Shown here: piece by piece, positions 43,436 to 54,093 of the stretch
Layout of the letters: every line of letters begins with the position of its first letter
Position numbering within the stretch: the stretch's first letter is position 1
NCBI GenBank assembly: GCA_963805085.1
Contig: CAWDTA010000002.1
Span: 320,001-384,000, forward strand
Source of the DNA: an uncultured Veillonellaceae bacterium
GTDB lineage: Bacteria > Bacillota > Negativicutes > JARBTT01
Direction: 5' to 3'
Length of the DNA stretch: 64,000 bases
Program-made: the position numbers and the translations under genes
The notes under the pieces: model-generated
Seen by the model: the letters and a program-made list of their open reading frames with translations, nothing else
Database searches by the model: none
What the model was told of the DNA's origin: nothing

Positions 43436-46318
43436 TTATTGCATCTGATCAATCTTATCTAGAATAATAGTTTGAAAGATCTCTTTATCAATACAACTTT
43501 TTATCTTGGTCATAAATTCATGATCACGCAAGATTTTCAACATATCTTTGACATTTTCTTTATCCGTTGATTTAAATACTGGCATAAACACAAAATTAAC
43601 ATTACCAACGCCCCAATTAATTGGATTTTTTAGTTTAACAAATACAAAGCTAGTTCGATTCACGCCGATAGAATTGCCATGTGGAACTGCAGTATTTCCT
43701 TCAGTAAATGTTGGTAAAAGAGCTTCTCTATCCAGAACTGATTGTAAATACTCTTTTTCCACATACCCTTTGTTAATGAGTAATGAACAAATATATTCTA
43801 GTAGATCTGATTTAAAATAAATTTCTGGTTCAAAAATCATTAAATCACGATCAATCCTCCGATGATGCTGTGTCTGTTGAAATTCATTTTTTGCTGCTAA
43901 ATGAATTTCAATATTTTTCAAAAAATTTTCATCATAATCAATAAAGCACGTACCCGGTATTTTAGGGTTGATAGTTCCAACCACAAGAACACTATTTTCC
44001 TTTTGCAACTCCATTATTTTACTGATTAGAAATTCATCCATTGCGCTCATCGCATAACATGGTAAATCTTCGTATTTATTTTGAATAAGACGGCTAATAT
44101 GTTTCGCATTTCCTTCACCGGTCAAACATACCGTGACAATAAGATTTGATTTATGATTATTTTCTTTTCCATCAACATATAAATAATCAAATTTATCTTT
44201 TTTCAAATAAAAATAAATTTCTTCCAAGGTATCTTCACCTAGAGAAACCCGTCTCGTGGCTTCAAGTCCTAGCACGATGTCTACTCTTTCTAACGTCTTC
44301 GCTTTTATATTGGTTTGGTTATATACAATATCTCCAATATTACTTAACGACCCCATATCTACTAAAAACAATACACCTCTCCCCTGATCAATTACTTTAG
44401 CTAATTCAATTGCTTTATTGTAGATATTAATTGGCTTTTCATTTAATGGCATATCAATCGCGATTGGGAAATTCGTTCCTAAAAGTTCTTTAATCACCTT
44501 CACCGTTTCAGTAGCGATATACCCATGTGAAATCATAATTAGACCGACTCTTTGCTTTAGAGCATCGTGATTAAATGCAGATTTAAGATACAAGGTGATA
44601 AAACCAACCTCATCATCAGGGATTTTTACTCCTTCACTGACTTCAATTTTTTTTGCGAAGGCTAGACCTATTGCATATTCTTTAGAAAATTCCTTTTTAA
44701 TTTTTTCAATGTTAATATTAATAATTTTTTGATTTAATTTTATTCTTTTAACTGCTTCATCAAGATGAATGGCTAAATATTTGAAAGCATTCTTATTTAT
44801 TTCGCCAATTGATTCATTCTCCATAATTTCATTCATGAGCTGTTTAACTGCATTGGTGATATTTTCACTGACAAAGCTATATAAATCATTCATGGAAAAC
44901 GCATCTCGTTGCTTATTTTCATTAAATTTCAAATCGGTAAAGCTATTCAAGACAAAAGCCCAAAGAATATTTTCCGTTTCCCCATCTGTTAAATTTAATA
45001 ATTTCAAATCATAATATTTTTCTTCAATGCTTCGATAAATATCATGTACAACTAAATTCTCTCTTTCCATATCTGAATCTTGTGTTGAGTTATTTAACTT
45101 AAATGGTATTAGCATTAAATTATTTAAATATTTCCTTATTTCTGAATAGTTTCCATCTACTAAAGCCGTTTCATTGAAAGAATCCATTAATTTTAGTATT
45201 TCATTAACATCGATTGAGACTAATCTATCTTCTTTTTTGTTAATTACCTGCATAAACGATCTTGCGCACAATACTTGAATCATATTTTGCAGCTGTCCAA
45301 TATTGCCACTAAACTTATTTAACGCCAAAATTTCCACTACGTTTTTATCAACAAATATTTTTGAATTTATTCGATTACATTCTTGCTGAAAAATACGGCA
45401 AATTAAATCAACCTTCTCTTTTAAAAAACGATCACGTAACGAAGGTAAATAAATTACCATAGGAATTCTTCTTCTAAATGTAAGTAATAAATTGGTTTCA
45501 ATATTTTCTGTCGTTGCCCCAACCAACATAACACTTACTTTCCGTTCTATACTCGTCTCACCTAATCTTCTAAAACAGCCTCGATCCAAAATAGAAAATA
45601 AAATTTCTTGACCTTTTGGTGGTAAACGATGTATTTCATCTAAAAATAGCATTCCCCCATCGGCTTCTTCGACTAAACCAGGACTGTCATTGACTGCTCC
45701 AGTAAAAGCTCCTTTTTTATAACCAAATAAAAGCGACAGTAATAATTGCGGATTATCAGCATAATCTGCGCAATTAAATACAACAAAGCTAGAATTGTCA
45801 TATAAAACACCCTCTTGTTGTGCAAATTCATACATTTTTTTTGAAAATAAGCTTTTCCCAACGCCACTTTCGCCAACAATCAATGTCGGCAGCCCTTTAG
45901 GTGGATACATGATGGCTGATTTTGCTTGTTCAATTGCATTTTTCAAGCTGCCATTATGCCCAATTAGTGTTGCAAAAGGATCTCTTTCCTCTGTTATTTC
46001 TTCAATATTTACAATGCAATCGTCTTCTTTTGATAATACTTCTTCAACAACCCGCCTTGAAATATTAAAGCCCTGTTCTAATAATTCTCTTGTTATATCT
46101 GAGATATTGAGCGTTTTCCCATTCTTCTTAATGGCTAATATCGCTGACCTTAGATATGGATATCTTCTTTGCCTAGAATTACTAATATTAAGTTCTTTTC
46201 TGATATTTGTAATATTTTCACGTGCAGTATTTAAAAACTTAGCTATTTGGACATCGGTCAATGGATCTTTTTTATTTTCCGTATTAATAATATTGATAAG
46301 CTTAGTTTGTATCTCCAT
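43436..46318 (-). CDS. LevR/DgaR-type sigma54 activator (AAA+, PRD, EIIA/EIIB-like domains)
   Basis: GESGVGKS, GAFTGA, FLDEIH, PRD LAIH, ISHG, AVPHG; ATG 46318 with AGGAG RBS. Confidence 0.92.
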   Translation of the reverse strand: MEIQTKLINIINTENKKDPLTDVQIAKFLNTARENITNIRKELNISNSRQRRYPYLRSAILAIKKNGKTLNISDITRELLEQGFNISRRVVEEVLSKEDDCIVNIEEITEERDPFATLIGHNGSLKNAIEQAKSAIMYPPKGLPTLIVGESGVGKSLFSKKMYEFAQQEGVLYDNSSFVVFNCADYADNPQLLLSLLFGYKKGAFTGAVNDSPGLVEEADGGMLFLDEIHRLPPKGQEILFSILDRGCFRRLGETSIERKVSVMLVGATTENIETNLLLTFRRRIPMVIYLPSLRDRFLKEKVDLICRIFQQECNRINSKIFVDKNVVEILALNKFSGNIGQLQNMIQVLCARSFMQVINKKEDRLVSIDVNEILKLMDSFNETALVDGNYSEIRKYLNNLMLIPFKLNNSTQDSDMERENLVVHDIYRSIEEKYYDLKLLNLTDGETENILWAFVLNSFTDLKFNENKQRDAFSMNDLYSFVSENITNAVKQLMNEIMENESIGEINKNAFKYLAIHLDEAVKRIKLNQKIININIEKIKKEFSKEYAIGLAFAKKIEVSEGVKIPDDEVGFITLYLKSAFNHDALKQRVGLIMISHGYIATETVKVIKELLGTNFPIAIDMPLNEKPINIYNKAIELAKVIDQGRGVLFLVDMGSLSNIGDIVYNQTNIKAKTLERVDIVLGLEATRRVSLGEDTLEEIYFYLKKDKFDYLYVDGKENNHKSNLIVTVCLTGEGNAKHISRLIQNKYEDLPCYAMSAMDEFLISKIMELQKENSVLVVGTINPKIPGTCFIDYDENFLKNIEIHLAAKNEFQQTQHHRRIDRDLMIFEPEIYFKSDLLEYICSLLINKGYVEKEYLQSVLDREALLPTFTEGNTAVPHGNSIGVNRTSFVFVKLKNPINWGVGNVNFVFMPVFKSTDKENVKDMLKILRDHEFMTKIKSCIDKEIFQTIILDKIDQMQ

Positions 46319-46347
46319 AATTAAATCTCCTTTTTGTAAATTATATA

Positions 46348-46364
46348 CGCAAAATCTGTGCCAT
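46348..46364 (-). promoter_or_regulatory. Sigma54 -24/-12 promoter for the activator gene
   Basis: TGGCACAGATTTTGC about 30 nt upstream of the ATG. Confidence 0.75.
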
Positions 46365-46707
46365 ACTTTTATAACATAGCATTCCTCATGAAGTGAAGAA
46401 TCCACCTTCCCTATCAAACTATCAATACAAATTGTTAATATTTTTATTTTGTTCATTTTGTGATGAATAAAATGTATATTTCTTAAACGTTTTAGCGAAG
46501 ACCGTTTCTACGCAATTACTCCTTTTATATCATTATTTTAAAATTTAATAAAGATATATTTCTTTACTTTTTATTTAAATACCCCAAGTCATTTAAATAA
46601 AAAGTAAAACCTCCTAGGGATATACCCTAAAAGGCTTTATTTTATAAAATATCTAATTGATAAAAATTCATGAAATTCCCTACAAAGTTTATTTTTTTAT
46701 CCGTACC

Positions 46708-47457
46708 TTACGACTGCCGAAGCTGTTCTAATTCGGTGAAGAAACTTCTATAGGCCCAATAGCTGGCCATGAACGTAGTGACTGCTACCGCGCCGACGAG
46801 CATGAAGGCTACCATGATTTGATATTTAATGGCCGCAGCTGGCGGTAGACCGGCTAGAATCAACCCTGTCATCATACCGGGAAGTTGGACAATGCCTAAG
46901 GTTTTCATTGAGTCGATACTCGGTTGCATCGCGTTTTTAATGGTTTGACGAATGATACTCGCGGATGATTCTTTGGCACTGGCGCCTAAGCATAGCTTGA
47001 TTTCAACCTCTTCTCGGCGACGCTCAAAGTTTTCCTTGAGATGATTAAAGACGAGCCCAGCGGCAATCATAGAGTTGCCTACTACCATCCCACTGACCGG
47101 AATGACCTGACTAGGTTGATAGGTAACCGCCCCGCATAATAATAATATGCCTAAGGTAGCAATCAAGCCCGCGAGCAAAGCATTAAAAGAAATCTTTTGA
47201 ATGTGCTCGATTCCCTTGCCTCTTTTCGCAGAAACGGTAGCTGCATTATAAACCATTGCCAATAAGATGACGGTTGTAACAATACTGTTGTCCCAATCGA
47301 AAACATAGGTTAAAACAAAGCCGATCGCTGTCAGCTGTACTACCGCACGAATACTGCCAATGATAATTTCCTTTTCCAAACCAATTTTATCTTTATAGGA
47401 AAGATACATCGCCAAAAGAACCAAAATAAAGGTCATCGCTAATGAGATATCGTTCAT
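46708..47457 (-). CDS. fetB: Iron export ABC permease (UPF0014)
   Basis: RAVVQL, IPVSGMVVGNSM, LPGMMTG, YQIM. Confidence 0.92.
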   Translation of the reverse strand: MNDISLAMTFILVLLAMYLSYKDKIGLEKEIIIGSIRAVVQLTAIGFVLTYVFDWDNSIVTTVILLAMVYNAATVSAKRGKGIEHIQKISFNALLAGLIATLGILLLCGAVTYQPSQVIPVSGMVVGNSMIAAGLVFNHLKENFERRREEVEIKLCLGASAKESSASIIRQTIKNAMQPSIDSMKTLGIVQLPGMMTGLILAGLPPAAAIKYQIMVAFMLVGAVAVTTFMASYWAYRSFFTELEQLRQS

Positions 47458-48155
47458 TTTTGTAGCTCCTTTTGTGCAAAATATTCATCGTTACTACCAT
47501 AAAAAGTTATTTTACCTTTATCCAAATACATAATCTGTTTCGCCAATCGTTTGGCTTGTGCAAGGTTATGAGAAATAAAGAGAACGGTTAAGTTTTGCTT
47601 TTTGTGCTCATCTAGAATCAATTGTTCAATGATCAGCGTATTCTCTTCGTCGAGGGAAGCTGTAAATTCATCTAACAATAAAATATTGGGTTTGATTAAT
47701 AAGGAACGAATCAAAGCAATTCGCTGTTGCTCTCCCCCAGAAAACTCTGTTATCTTTTTTGTCAGAATATCTTCTGACAAATTCGCTTTCGTTAGATAGT
47801 TTGCTATTTCTGTGAAGTCAGGTTTTCGTTTTAATAGATGATACGGATACGTTAAATTATCCTCAACCATGCTACCAAATAGATGTGGCTTTTGAAATAC
47901 ATAGCCGATTCTTTTTCGTAGCTGGGTTGGTGGATAAGATAACGTATCTTTTCCTAGATAGGAAACACTCCCGCTCGTTGCACTTTGCAAAAGGTTCAGA
48001 ATTCGAAAAAGCGATGTCTTTCCCGAGCCCGAGCTACCCAGGACCCCAACAAAATCGCCTGCATAAATAGAAAATGAAAGTCCATCTAGAATTGTTTTGC
48101 TCTGGAATTCTAGCCTGATATCTGATGCTTCCAGTAAAACCATAAAATGCCTCAC
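47454..48155 (-). CDS. fetA: ABC ATPase (FetA/YbbL)
   Basis: GSSGSGKT, FSGGEQQR, LLDE. Confidence 0.85.
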   Translation of the reverse strand: MRHFMVLLEASDIRLEFQSKTILDGLSFSIYAGDFVGVLGSSGSGKTSLFRILNLLQSATSGSVSYLGKDTLSYPPTQLRKRIGYVFQKPHLFGSMVEDNLTYPYHLLKRKPDFTEIANYLTKANLSEDILTKKITEFSGGEQQRIALIRSLLIKPNILLLDEFTASLDEENTLIIEQLILDEHKKQNLTVLFISHNLAQAKRLAKQIMYLDKGKITFYGSNDEYFAQKELQK

Positions 48156-48493
48156 CTCTGCTCCTAATTTAGCCTACTTTGTCGCTATTAACATTCACGT
48201 TCTATTATCTATAAAGGCTTCTATCGGTAAATACTAAAATGATTTTATGTTTATTATCTATTTAATCTCGGTAAATTACAAGTATTACTGCAACGAATAA
48301 CACCATATTTATCTTGTAAATCATAAAATCTCTTATGATCAAAATAAAAGATCATTACGCTCATTTATGAATAATCGCCTCGAAAAACAACAAGCTGATT
48401 AACCTATTTGCTAATCAGCTTGTTCACCTGCCTATTTACGGCAAATACAAATGTAATATATTCTACCAAATTAAAGTTCAATCAGTCAGCACA

Positions 48494-49630
48494 TTAAACC
48501 TGAAATACTCCGACCACTACCCGAAGATCTTGGGACATTTTTGCAAGTTCTTGGCTTGACGCGGCAATTTCCTCAATGGACGCGGACTGTTCTTGCGTAG
48601 CTGCCGACATGGTTTGTGTTTCCTCTGATGCCTGCTTACTCAAATGGTCAATGGCTTTTACAGAAGCAATAATTTGCTCACTACCATCTGCCATTTCATG
48701 GATCGCTGTTGATATTTCCTTGATTTGGCTGGATACTTCAAGTACCAATGATTCTAAGTCCTGAAGTGACTTACCTGTGGTAGTTACTACTTCTGCCCCA
48801 AGTTTCACTTCCTCCGTTCCTAGTTTCATCGCTTTGACTGCTTTGTCTGTATCCCCTTGGATCTCGCCGATTAATACGGCTATTTTCTTCGCCGCTTCTT
48901 GCGATTGCTCTGCTAGTTTTTTCACTTCCGAGGCTACAACGGCAAAACCCCGTCCATGCTCACCAGCTCTAGCCGCTTCGATCGCGGCATTCAATGCTAA
49001 AAGGTTGGTCTGTGCGGCAATTTCGGACATTGTTTCAACTATTTGCCCAATTTTTGTAGATTGTTCCCCTAGTTTGACGACTACCTTGGCTGATGTATTG
49101 ACCGTGTTTTCAATCTGTAACATCTGACCAATCGCTTTTTCTACTGTTTTAGACCCAATCGCCGCGGTATCCGCCGCTTGGACTGATTTTCCCGCAACCT
49201 GGTTAGCACTATCAGCAATCCTTTGCACACTATCTAGCATCTGCTCTACAGCCGCTGATGTCTCACAAACAGCCGCCAACTGACGTTCAGAACCATCAGC
49301 TACATTGGCCGTTGCCCCTGCTACCTGATTGGCAGCTCGCGCCGATTGATTGGCGCTTGCAGTGAGTTGATGCGATGATTCACTAACTTGCTCAGCCGAC
49401 TGATCGACTTTTTGGATGATCGTGCGTAGACTTGCTTTCATTCGATTGAACGAATGCGCCAATTGACCGATTTCATCAGCAGAGGTAACCGAAATATCTG
49501 CTAGTGTCAGATTGCCACTGGCGATTTCCGTTGCGGCTTGACCGATGACCTTCGTTTTACGTGCTATCCCACGACTGATATAAATACTAATAAAAATTGA
49601 AATACCTGCCATGAGCAGACTCACAATCAC
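48494..49630 (-). pseudogene. N-terminally truncated methyl-accepting chemotaxis protein
   Basis: TM2-HAMP-MA ([27 protein letters not shown]); no TM1 or sensor domain; the frame abuts the upstream gene's stop. Confidence 0.75.
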
Positions 49631-49660
49631 TAAAAGATAGCCGAAAATTCTCCTAAATTC

Positions 49661-50236
49661 TTATTTTATGACTGCTTGAAATACTTTTACATGATTGCTA
49701 TATCCAGTCAAAAATTTTCCGTTAGATTCGATATATATTGGATTACCAGCATATATTGGCTTCGTAAATTTTATTTCTATTGTATTAAACGATTCAATAG
49801 ACTCCTGAATATTTTTTAAAATCAATAACCCTTGTACAACTGGTTTTTCTGTCAAATGGATTGTATTTGCATCCCCAACTGCTTTAGAAAAATCATAAAT
49901 TTCTTGTTTACTAAAGGTTTTCCAATGAACTACCTCTTTTGGGATGACGCTAGTCTCGTCTAAATTGCTAACAACGACATTCAAAAAAAGCGTCATGCTT
50001 AATTTTGCGACCATCTGATCATTATCATCATACATAATGGATGAAATGATCAAAAATCGACTGGTCTCTTTTTCGATAAAAACATGGCAAGGGTTCTTTC
50101 TGCTTTTCCCATATTGCTCTAGTTTTATTTTTGTAATATAGCTGTTATTATATTTTTCATCCTTTAACTCAGAAAAAGCTTTTGCAAGTTGTATCATATC
50201 CTTTTCTTCTCCTATAACAATATTTATTATAACCAC
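49661..50236 (-). CDS. Hot-dog/MaoC-like protein
   Basis: FSKAVGDANTIH...VQGLL motif. Confidence 0.6.
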   Translation of the reverse strand: MVIINIVIGEEKDMIQLAKAFSELKDEKYNNSYITKIKLEQYGKSRKNPCHVFIEKETSRFLIISSIMYDDNDQMVAKLSMTLFLNVVVSNLDETSVIPKEVVHWKTFSKQEIYDFSKAVGDANTIHLTEKPVVQGLLILKNIQESIESFNTIEIKFTKPIYAGNPIYIESNGKFLTGYSNHVKVFQAVIK

Positions 50237-50558
50237 TTAAAATATAATCATCATCTAAGCAGCATGCATTTAGTTGACGATTATTAGTTCTCATTTCTTG
50301 TGCAAGTGCCTACTGCTCCGCAACATCGCTAATCAAAATCACTGTAATTAGGCTATAGATTTTTGGGGAAGTTTTTAAATCAGAAAACCACTTTATTATA
50401 AACTGTCCCTAGTTATTCTTAATTTTCTATTAAACTTAAAATATTCGTCTTTTTTCTATATACTTCCTTCTTAATTATGTAAAAACATATAAATGTCAGT
50501 GGATATTTTTTAATGCTAGTCTCTGAAGAAATAGCATTTTATTTATTACACTATAACA

Positions 50559-50592
50559 AAAAACCGCAACCATTTACCGGTTGCGGTTTTTT
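50559..50592 (-). terminator. Intrinsic terminator
   Basis: AAAAAACCGCAACC/GGTTGCGGTTTTTT. Confidence 0.85.
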
Positions 50593-50594
50593 AC

Positions 50595-50693
50595 TTATTC
50601 AGATTTAGTTGACAAAACTGCTGGAGTTGGTTCAACTTTCTTTATTTGTTTTTTCTTCTTTTTTTCCTTGTTCTTTGGGCTTTTATCTCCCAT
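50595..50693 (-). CDS. 32-aa lysine-rich small protein (not in the ORF track)
   Basis: MGDKSPKNKEKKKKKQIKKVEPTPAVLSTKSE with AAGGAG RBS, own promoter and terminator. Confidence 0.75.
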   Translation of the reverse strand: MGDKSPKNKEKKKKKQIKKVEPTPAVLSTKSE

Positions 50694-50739
50694 ATTGAAC
50701 ATCTCCTTCTTGTAACAATAAACTATGTCAATTATAACA

Positions 50740-50769
50740 TAGTTTACCCAAAGATGGGGTTACTTATAC
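50740..50769 (-). promoter_or_regulatory. SigF/SigG-like promoter
   Basis: GTATA-N15-GGGTAAACTA. Confidence 0.6.
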
Positions 50770-51033
50770 TCTTACATTGAACGATACTCCATGAGCTAGA
50801 CAGTTGACCCATGCTGTCGGCAAGATTTCCCTATAATAGCTTCCTATTTCATGAGATTAATCCACTATAAGGTGCTACACAGAAAAAATATGCAGTTCTT
50901 ACAATATATGAATTTTTATACCAAAAGTATTCCTACTCAAATGCTTTCATTCAGCAATGAAAGTTATTTATTTATGTTCTTCTTTAAAAATACCAGTTAA
51001 CATGATAAAAGAAACTTATCCCAACACAGCTCT

Positions 51034-51147
51034 TTATTTAAAAATTTTACACTTACCTTCTAAATATCGGGCAACGAATACGCCCATTACTGCGATTATA
51101 ATAAGCACGACGGGAGCAAAATCTAAAATAACATCTGCTGCTGGCAT
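51034..51147 (-). CDS. 37-aa single-TM small protein
   Basis: MPAADVILDFAPVVLIIIAVMGVFVARYLEGKCKIFK; GAGGTG RBS. Confidence 0.6.
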   Translation of the reverse strand: MPAADVILDFAPVVLIIIAVMGVFVARYLEGKCKIFK

Positions 51148-51165
51148 ATCGTGTCACCTCGTAAT

Positions 51166-52404
51166 TTATTTTTCAATATAATGACTAAAGCTACCAATCA
51201 CGATTTGTGGGAAAACTTCATGAATCTCCTTTAAGAAGGTTTTCACTCCACATAGTTTTCCTTTAGCTTTCGGCATAATTTCTAAGAAGGAATCTGGATC
51301 AATATTGAGATTGCGAATCTGGATCATGTCAATTTTCGTTTCAGCTAAAAATTCTTTCCAGGCAAATATTTCTTCTTCACGGTCGTTTAAACCTGGGAAA
51401 AACAGCATATTTAAGGACACATAAACCCCTGCTGCTTTAGCATACGCAATCGATTCTTTTACCTGAGCAAGGTCATAGCTGCCCCGATAATACGCTTGAT
51501 AACTATCCGTTCTTGCGCTGATGATACTAACACGCATGGTATCGAGTCCTGCATCCACAATCTTTTTGATACCTTCCGTATAACCAGCATTGGTGTTGAT
51601 GTTAATTTGTCCGAGTTTCGTCTTTGCCCGAATGATTTTCATTCCTTCGGCAATGTTGACTGCGGCAAGTGATGGTTCCCCTTCACACCCTTGACCAAAA
51701 CTAATGATTGCTTCTGGCGCATTTTCTAAATGATAGATACCAACTTCGGCGATTTCGGCCGGGGTTGGCGTAAAATCAATACGATTCTGCGGCGATGGGC
51801 AACATTCTGACGGTTGCAAGGAAATACAGCCAAAGCAATTTGCATTGCAGGTTGGCGAAGTTGGAATGCCAGCTTCCCAACGACGATAAAATAAATTTTG
51901 CGCCGTACAACAATGCCATTTTAGTGAACAATTACCGACCTGCTCCACAATCCGATTGCTTGGTAAATCTTTTTTCGTGCGACTTACCAGCTTTTTTAAG
52001 CTATGGGTATTATAATGCAGTGGCTGCCATTTGTCATTTTCATCGCTATAAATAGCGGTTACATAAAGTTCATCTTTGTATAGCACTACAGCTGTATAGC
52101 CATAGAGCGGTAACATTGCCTCCCCTTCCACTTTCATGAACGCTGGCATATGGGTTCGTGTATAACCTGCTGGTAAAATTGCCGCAACGGCTCTCCCAGT
52201 GATCGGTCCGATTTGTTTACCTTGGCGCCCCATTGCGAGCCGTCCTGGTAAACACATCAAATCTGCACCTTCTGGTAATGGAATCAAGTCTTCTGGTTTT
52301 AACAAGACAGTTTGATCGCCAATTCGTGCTACTGCTTCACAACCTGGCTGATCAAATATTTCACCATTTTCATCCGCGTATACTGCTGTAATCATAAGAA
52401 TCAC
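51166..52404 (-). CDS. Radical SAM protein
   Basis: CNANCFGC (CxxxCxxC), FGQGCEGEP. Confidence 0.9.
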   Translation of the reverse strand: MILMITAVYADENGEIFDQPGCEAVARIGDQTVLLKPEDLIPLPEGADLMCLPGRLAMGRQGKQIGPITGRAVAAILPAGYTRTHMPAFMKVEGEAMLPLYGYTAVVLYKDELYVTAIYSDENDKWQPLHYNTHSLKKLVSRTKKDLPSNRIVEQVGNCSLKWHCCTAQNLFYRRWEAGIPTSPTCNANCFGCISLQPSECCPSPQNRIDFTPTPAEIAEVGIYHLENAPEAIISFGQGCEGEPSLAAVNIAEGMKIIRAKTKLGQININTNAGYTEGIKKIVDAGLDTMRVSIISARTDSYQAYYRGSYDLAQVKESIAYAKAAGVYVSLNMLFFPGLNDREEEIFAWKEFLAETKIDMIQIRNLNIDPDSFLEIMPKAKGKLCGVKTFLKEIHEVFPQIVIGSFSHYIEK

Positions 52405-52411
52405 CTCTTTC

Positions 52412-52981
52412 CTATTTCTTTTTGATGTTATAACCGTTCATCGCTTTATCAATGCCTTGTTTAACGATATATTCTATCGCTGGAATCAATTCAACGATAA
52501 GTTGGTCGATGGCTGTTTGATCTTCGGCAGGAAATTTTGCGAGCACATGATCGACAACCACCCAACCAGGTAGAGGTCTACCAATCCCGATGCGAACACG
52601 TGGAAATTCCTCTTTGCCTAGATTAACGAGCAAAGATTCTACGCCACGATGACCGCCAGAACTCCCACGCTTTTTTAATTTCACATTGCCGACAGCAATA
52701 TCCATATCATCATAGATAGCGATTACATCTTCTACCTTTAATTTATACCACCGTAAAATTGCACCAACTGCATTGCCACTTAAGTTCATAAAGGTTTGCG
52801 GTTTGACTAAGAGAACTGGCTCTCCGCCAATTTTCCCTTCCGCAATCTGGGCATCGAATTTATTTTTCCAATTGTGGATTCCTAAATGCTCCGCCAAAGC
52901 ATCCACCGTCATAAAGCCCACATTATGACGCGTCTTACTATATTCTTGCCCAGGGTTACCAAGGCCAACGATTACTTTCAC
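52412..52981 (-). CDS. pth: Peptidyl-tRNA hydrolase
   Basis: GLGNPG, TRHNVG, KPQTFMNLSG, GGHRG. Confidence 0.97.
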   Translation of the reverse strand: MKVIVGLGNPGQEYSKTRHNVGFMTVDALAEHLGIHNWKNKFDAQIAEGKIGGEPVLLVKPQTFMNLSGNAVGAILRWYKLKVEDVIAIYDDMDIAVGNVKLKKRGSSGGHRGVESLLVNLGKEEFPRVRIGIGRPLPGWVVVDHVLAKFPAEDQTAIDQLIVELIPAIEYIVKQGIDKAMNGYNIKKK

Positions 52982-53074
52982 CGATTCTTTCCCTCCCCAT
53001 TAAAACAAAGGACGCGATAAATCGCGCCCTTTATATTTTTAGATAGTTTTACTTAAAATATCTATATGATCAAT

Positions 53075-54034
53075 TTAAAATTTTCTATCAAATAACTTAC
53101 TAATAGAATTGTTTGTATAAACTCGTATAATTCCTTCACCAAAGATTCTTGCAACGGATAAAGATTTTATTTTTTCACATTCTTTATCTGGTGTCAACGG
53201 AATGCTATTGGTGATAATTAATTCCTTGATGTTGGAGTTTTTGATACGATCCACAGCTGGATCACTAAGGATAGCATGTGTACAGCAAGCATAAACTTCT
53301 TTTGCGCCCATTTTACCTAATGCTTTTGCCCCTTCTACTAAAGAACCGGCAGTATCAACAATATCGTCAATGATTACCGCTGTTTTGCCTTCAATCGAAC
53401 CGATTAAGTTCATTACTTCAGCAACACCTGGCATCGGACGACGTTTTTCAATGATAGCGATTGGTGCTTGTAATCGATCTGCTAATTGTCTAGCGCGCGT
53501 TACCCCACCTAAATCTGGCGAAACAACAACAATATCTTGTAATTGTTTTTCTGTAATATATTCAGCTAGGATAGGTACGCCAACCAAATGATCCAAAGGA
53601 ATGTCGAAGAAACCTTGAATTTGTGCAGCATGTAAGTCCATAGTCATAACGCGAGTTACCCCTGCAGTTGTCAATAAATCGGCAACTAATTTTGCTGAAA
53701 TAGGTTCACGACCACGAGTTTTACGATCTTGACGTGCGTATGCATAGTAAGGAATTACTGCTGTAATATTCTTAGCAGATGCACGTTTACAGGCATCGAC
53801 CATAATTAAAAGTTCCATCATACTATCGTTTACTGGTTGACAAGTAGGTTGGATAAGAAATACATCTTTACCACGTACGCTCTCATCAATCATGACTTGT
53901 GTTTCACCATTATTAAAGTGTCCAACATAAGCACTGCTTAGATCAATTCCAATATACGCTGCAATCTCTTTCGCTAATTCTGGATTCGCATTACCTGTGA
54001 AAATACATAAATTTTTTGTGTCAATCGCTGTCAT
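53075..54034 (-). CDS. prs: Ribose-phosphate pyrophosphokinase
   Basis: [21 protein letters not shown]. Confidence 0.97.
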   Translation of the reverse strand: MTAIDTKNLCIFTGNANPELAKEIAAYIGIDLSSAYVGHFNNGETQVMIDESVRGKDVFLIQPTCQPVNDSMMELLIMVDACKRASAKNITAVIPYYAYARQDRKTRGREPISAKLVADLLTTAGVTRVMTMDLHAAQIQGFFDIPLDHLVGVPILAEYITEKQLQDIVVVSPDLGGVTRARQLADRLQAPIAIIEKRRPMPGVAEVMNLIGSIEGKTAVIIDDIVDTAGSLVEGAKALGKMGAKEVYACCTHAILSDPAVDRIKNSNIKELIITNSIPLTPDKECEKIKSLSVARIFGEGIIRVYTNNSISKLFDRKF

Positions 54035-54093
54035 TTTTTTTAATAGCCTCCAACATCATACTATTTATTTTAAAATTTTATAAAAAGAAAATT

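Noticed and set aside
46319-46456. N-terminal extension of the sigma54 activator in the ORF track
   Set aside because: The RBS and a sigma54 promoter lie inside it, so the real start is 46318
50825-50836. ATTTCCCTATAA shared with the cassette motif at about 7577 and 16697
   Set aside because: AT-rich 12-mer with no flanking similarity
50856-50869. TTAATCCACTATA matching a Neisseria Correia element end
   Set aside because: No partner inverted repeat and wrong lineage; likely chance
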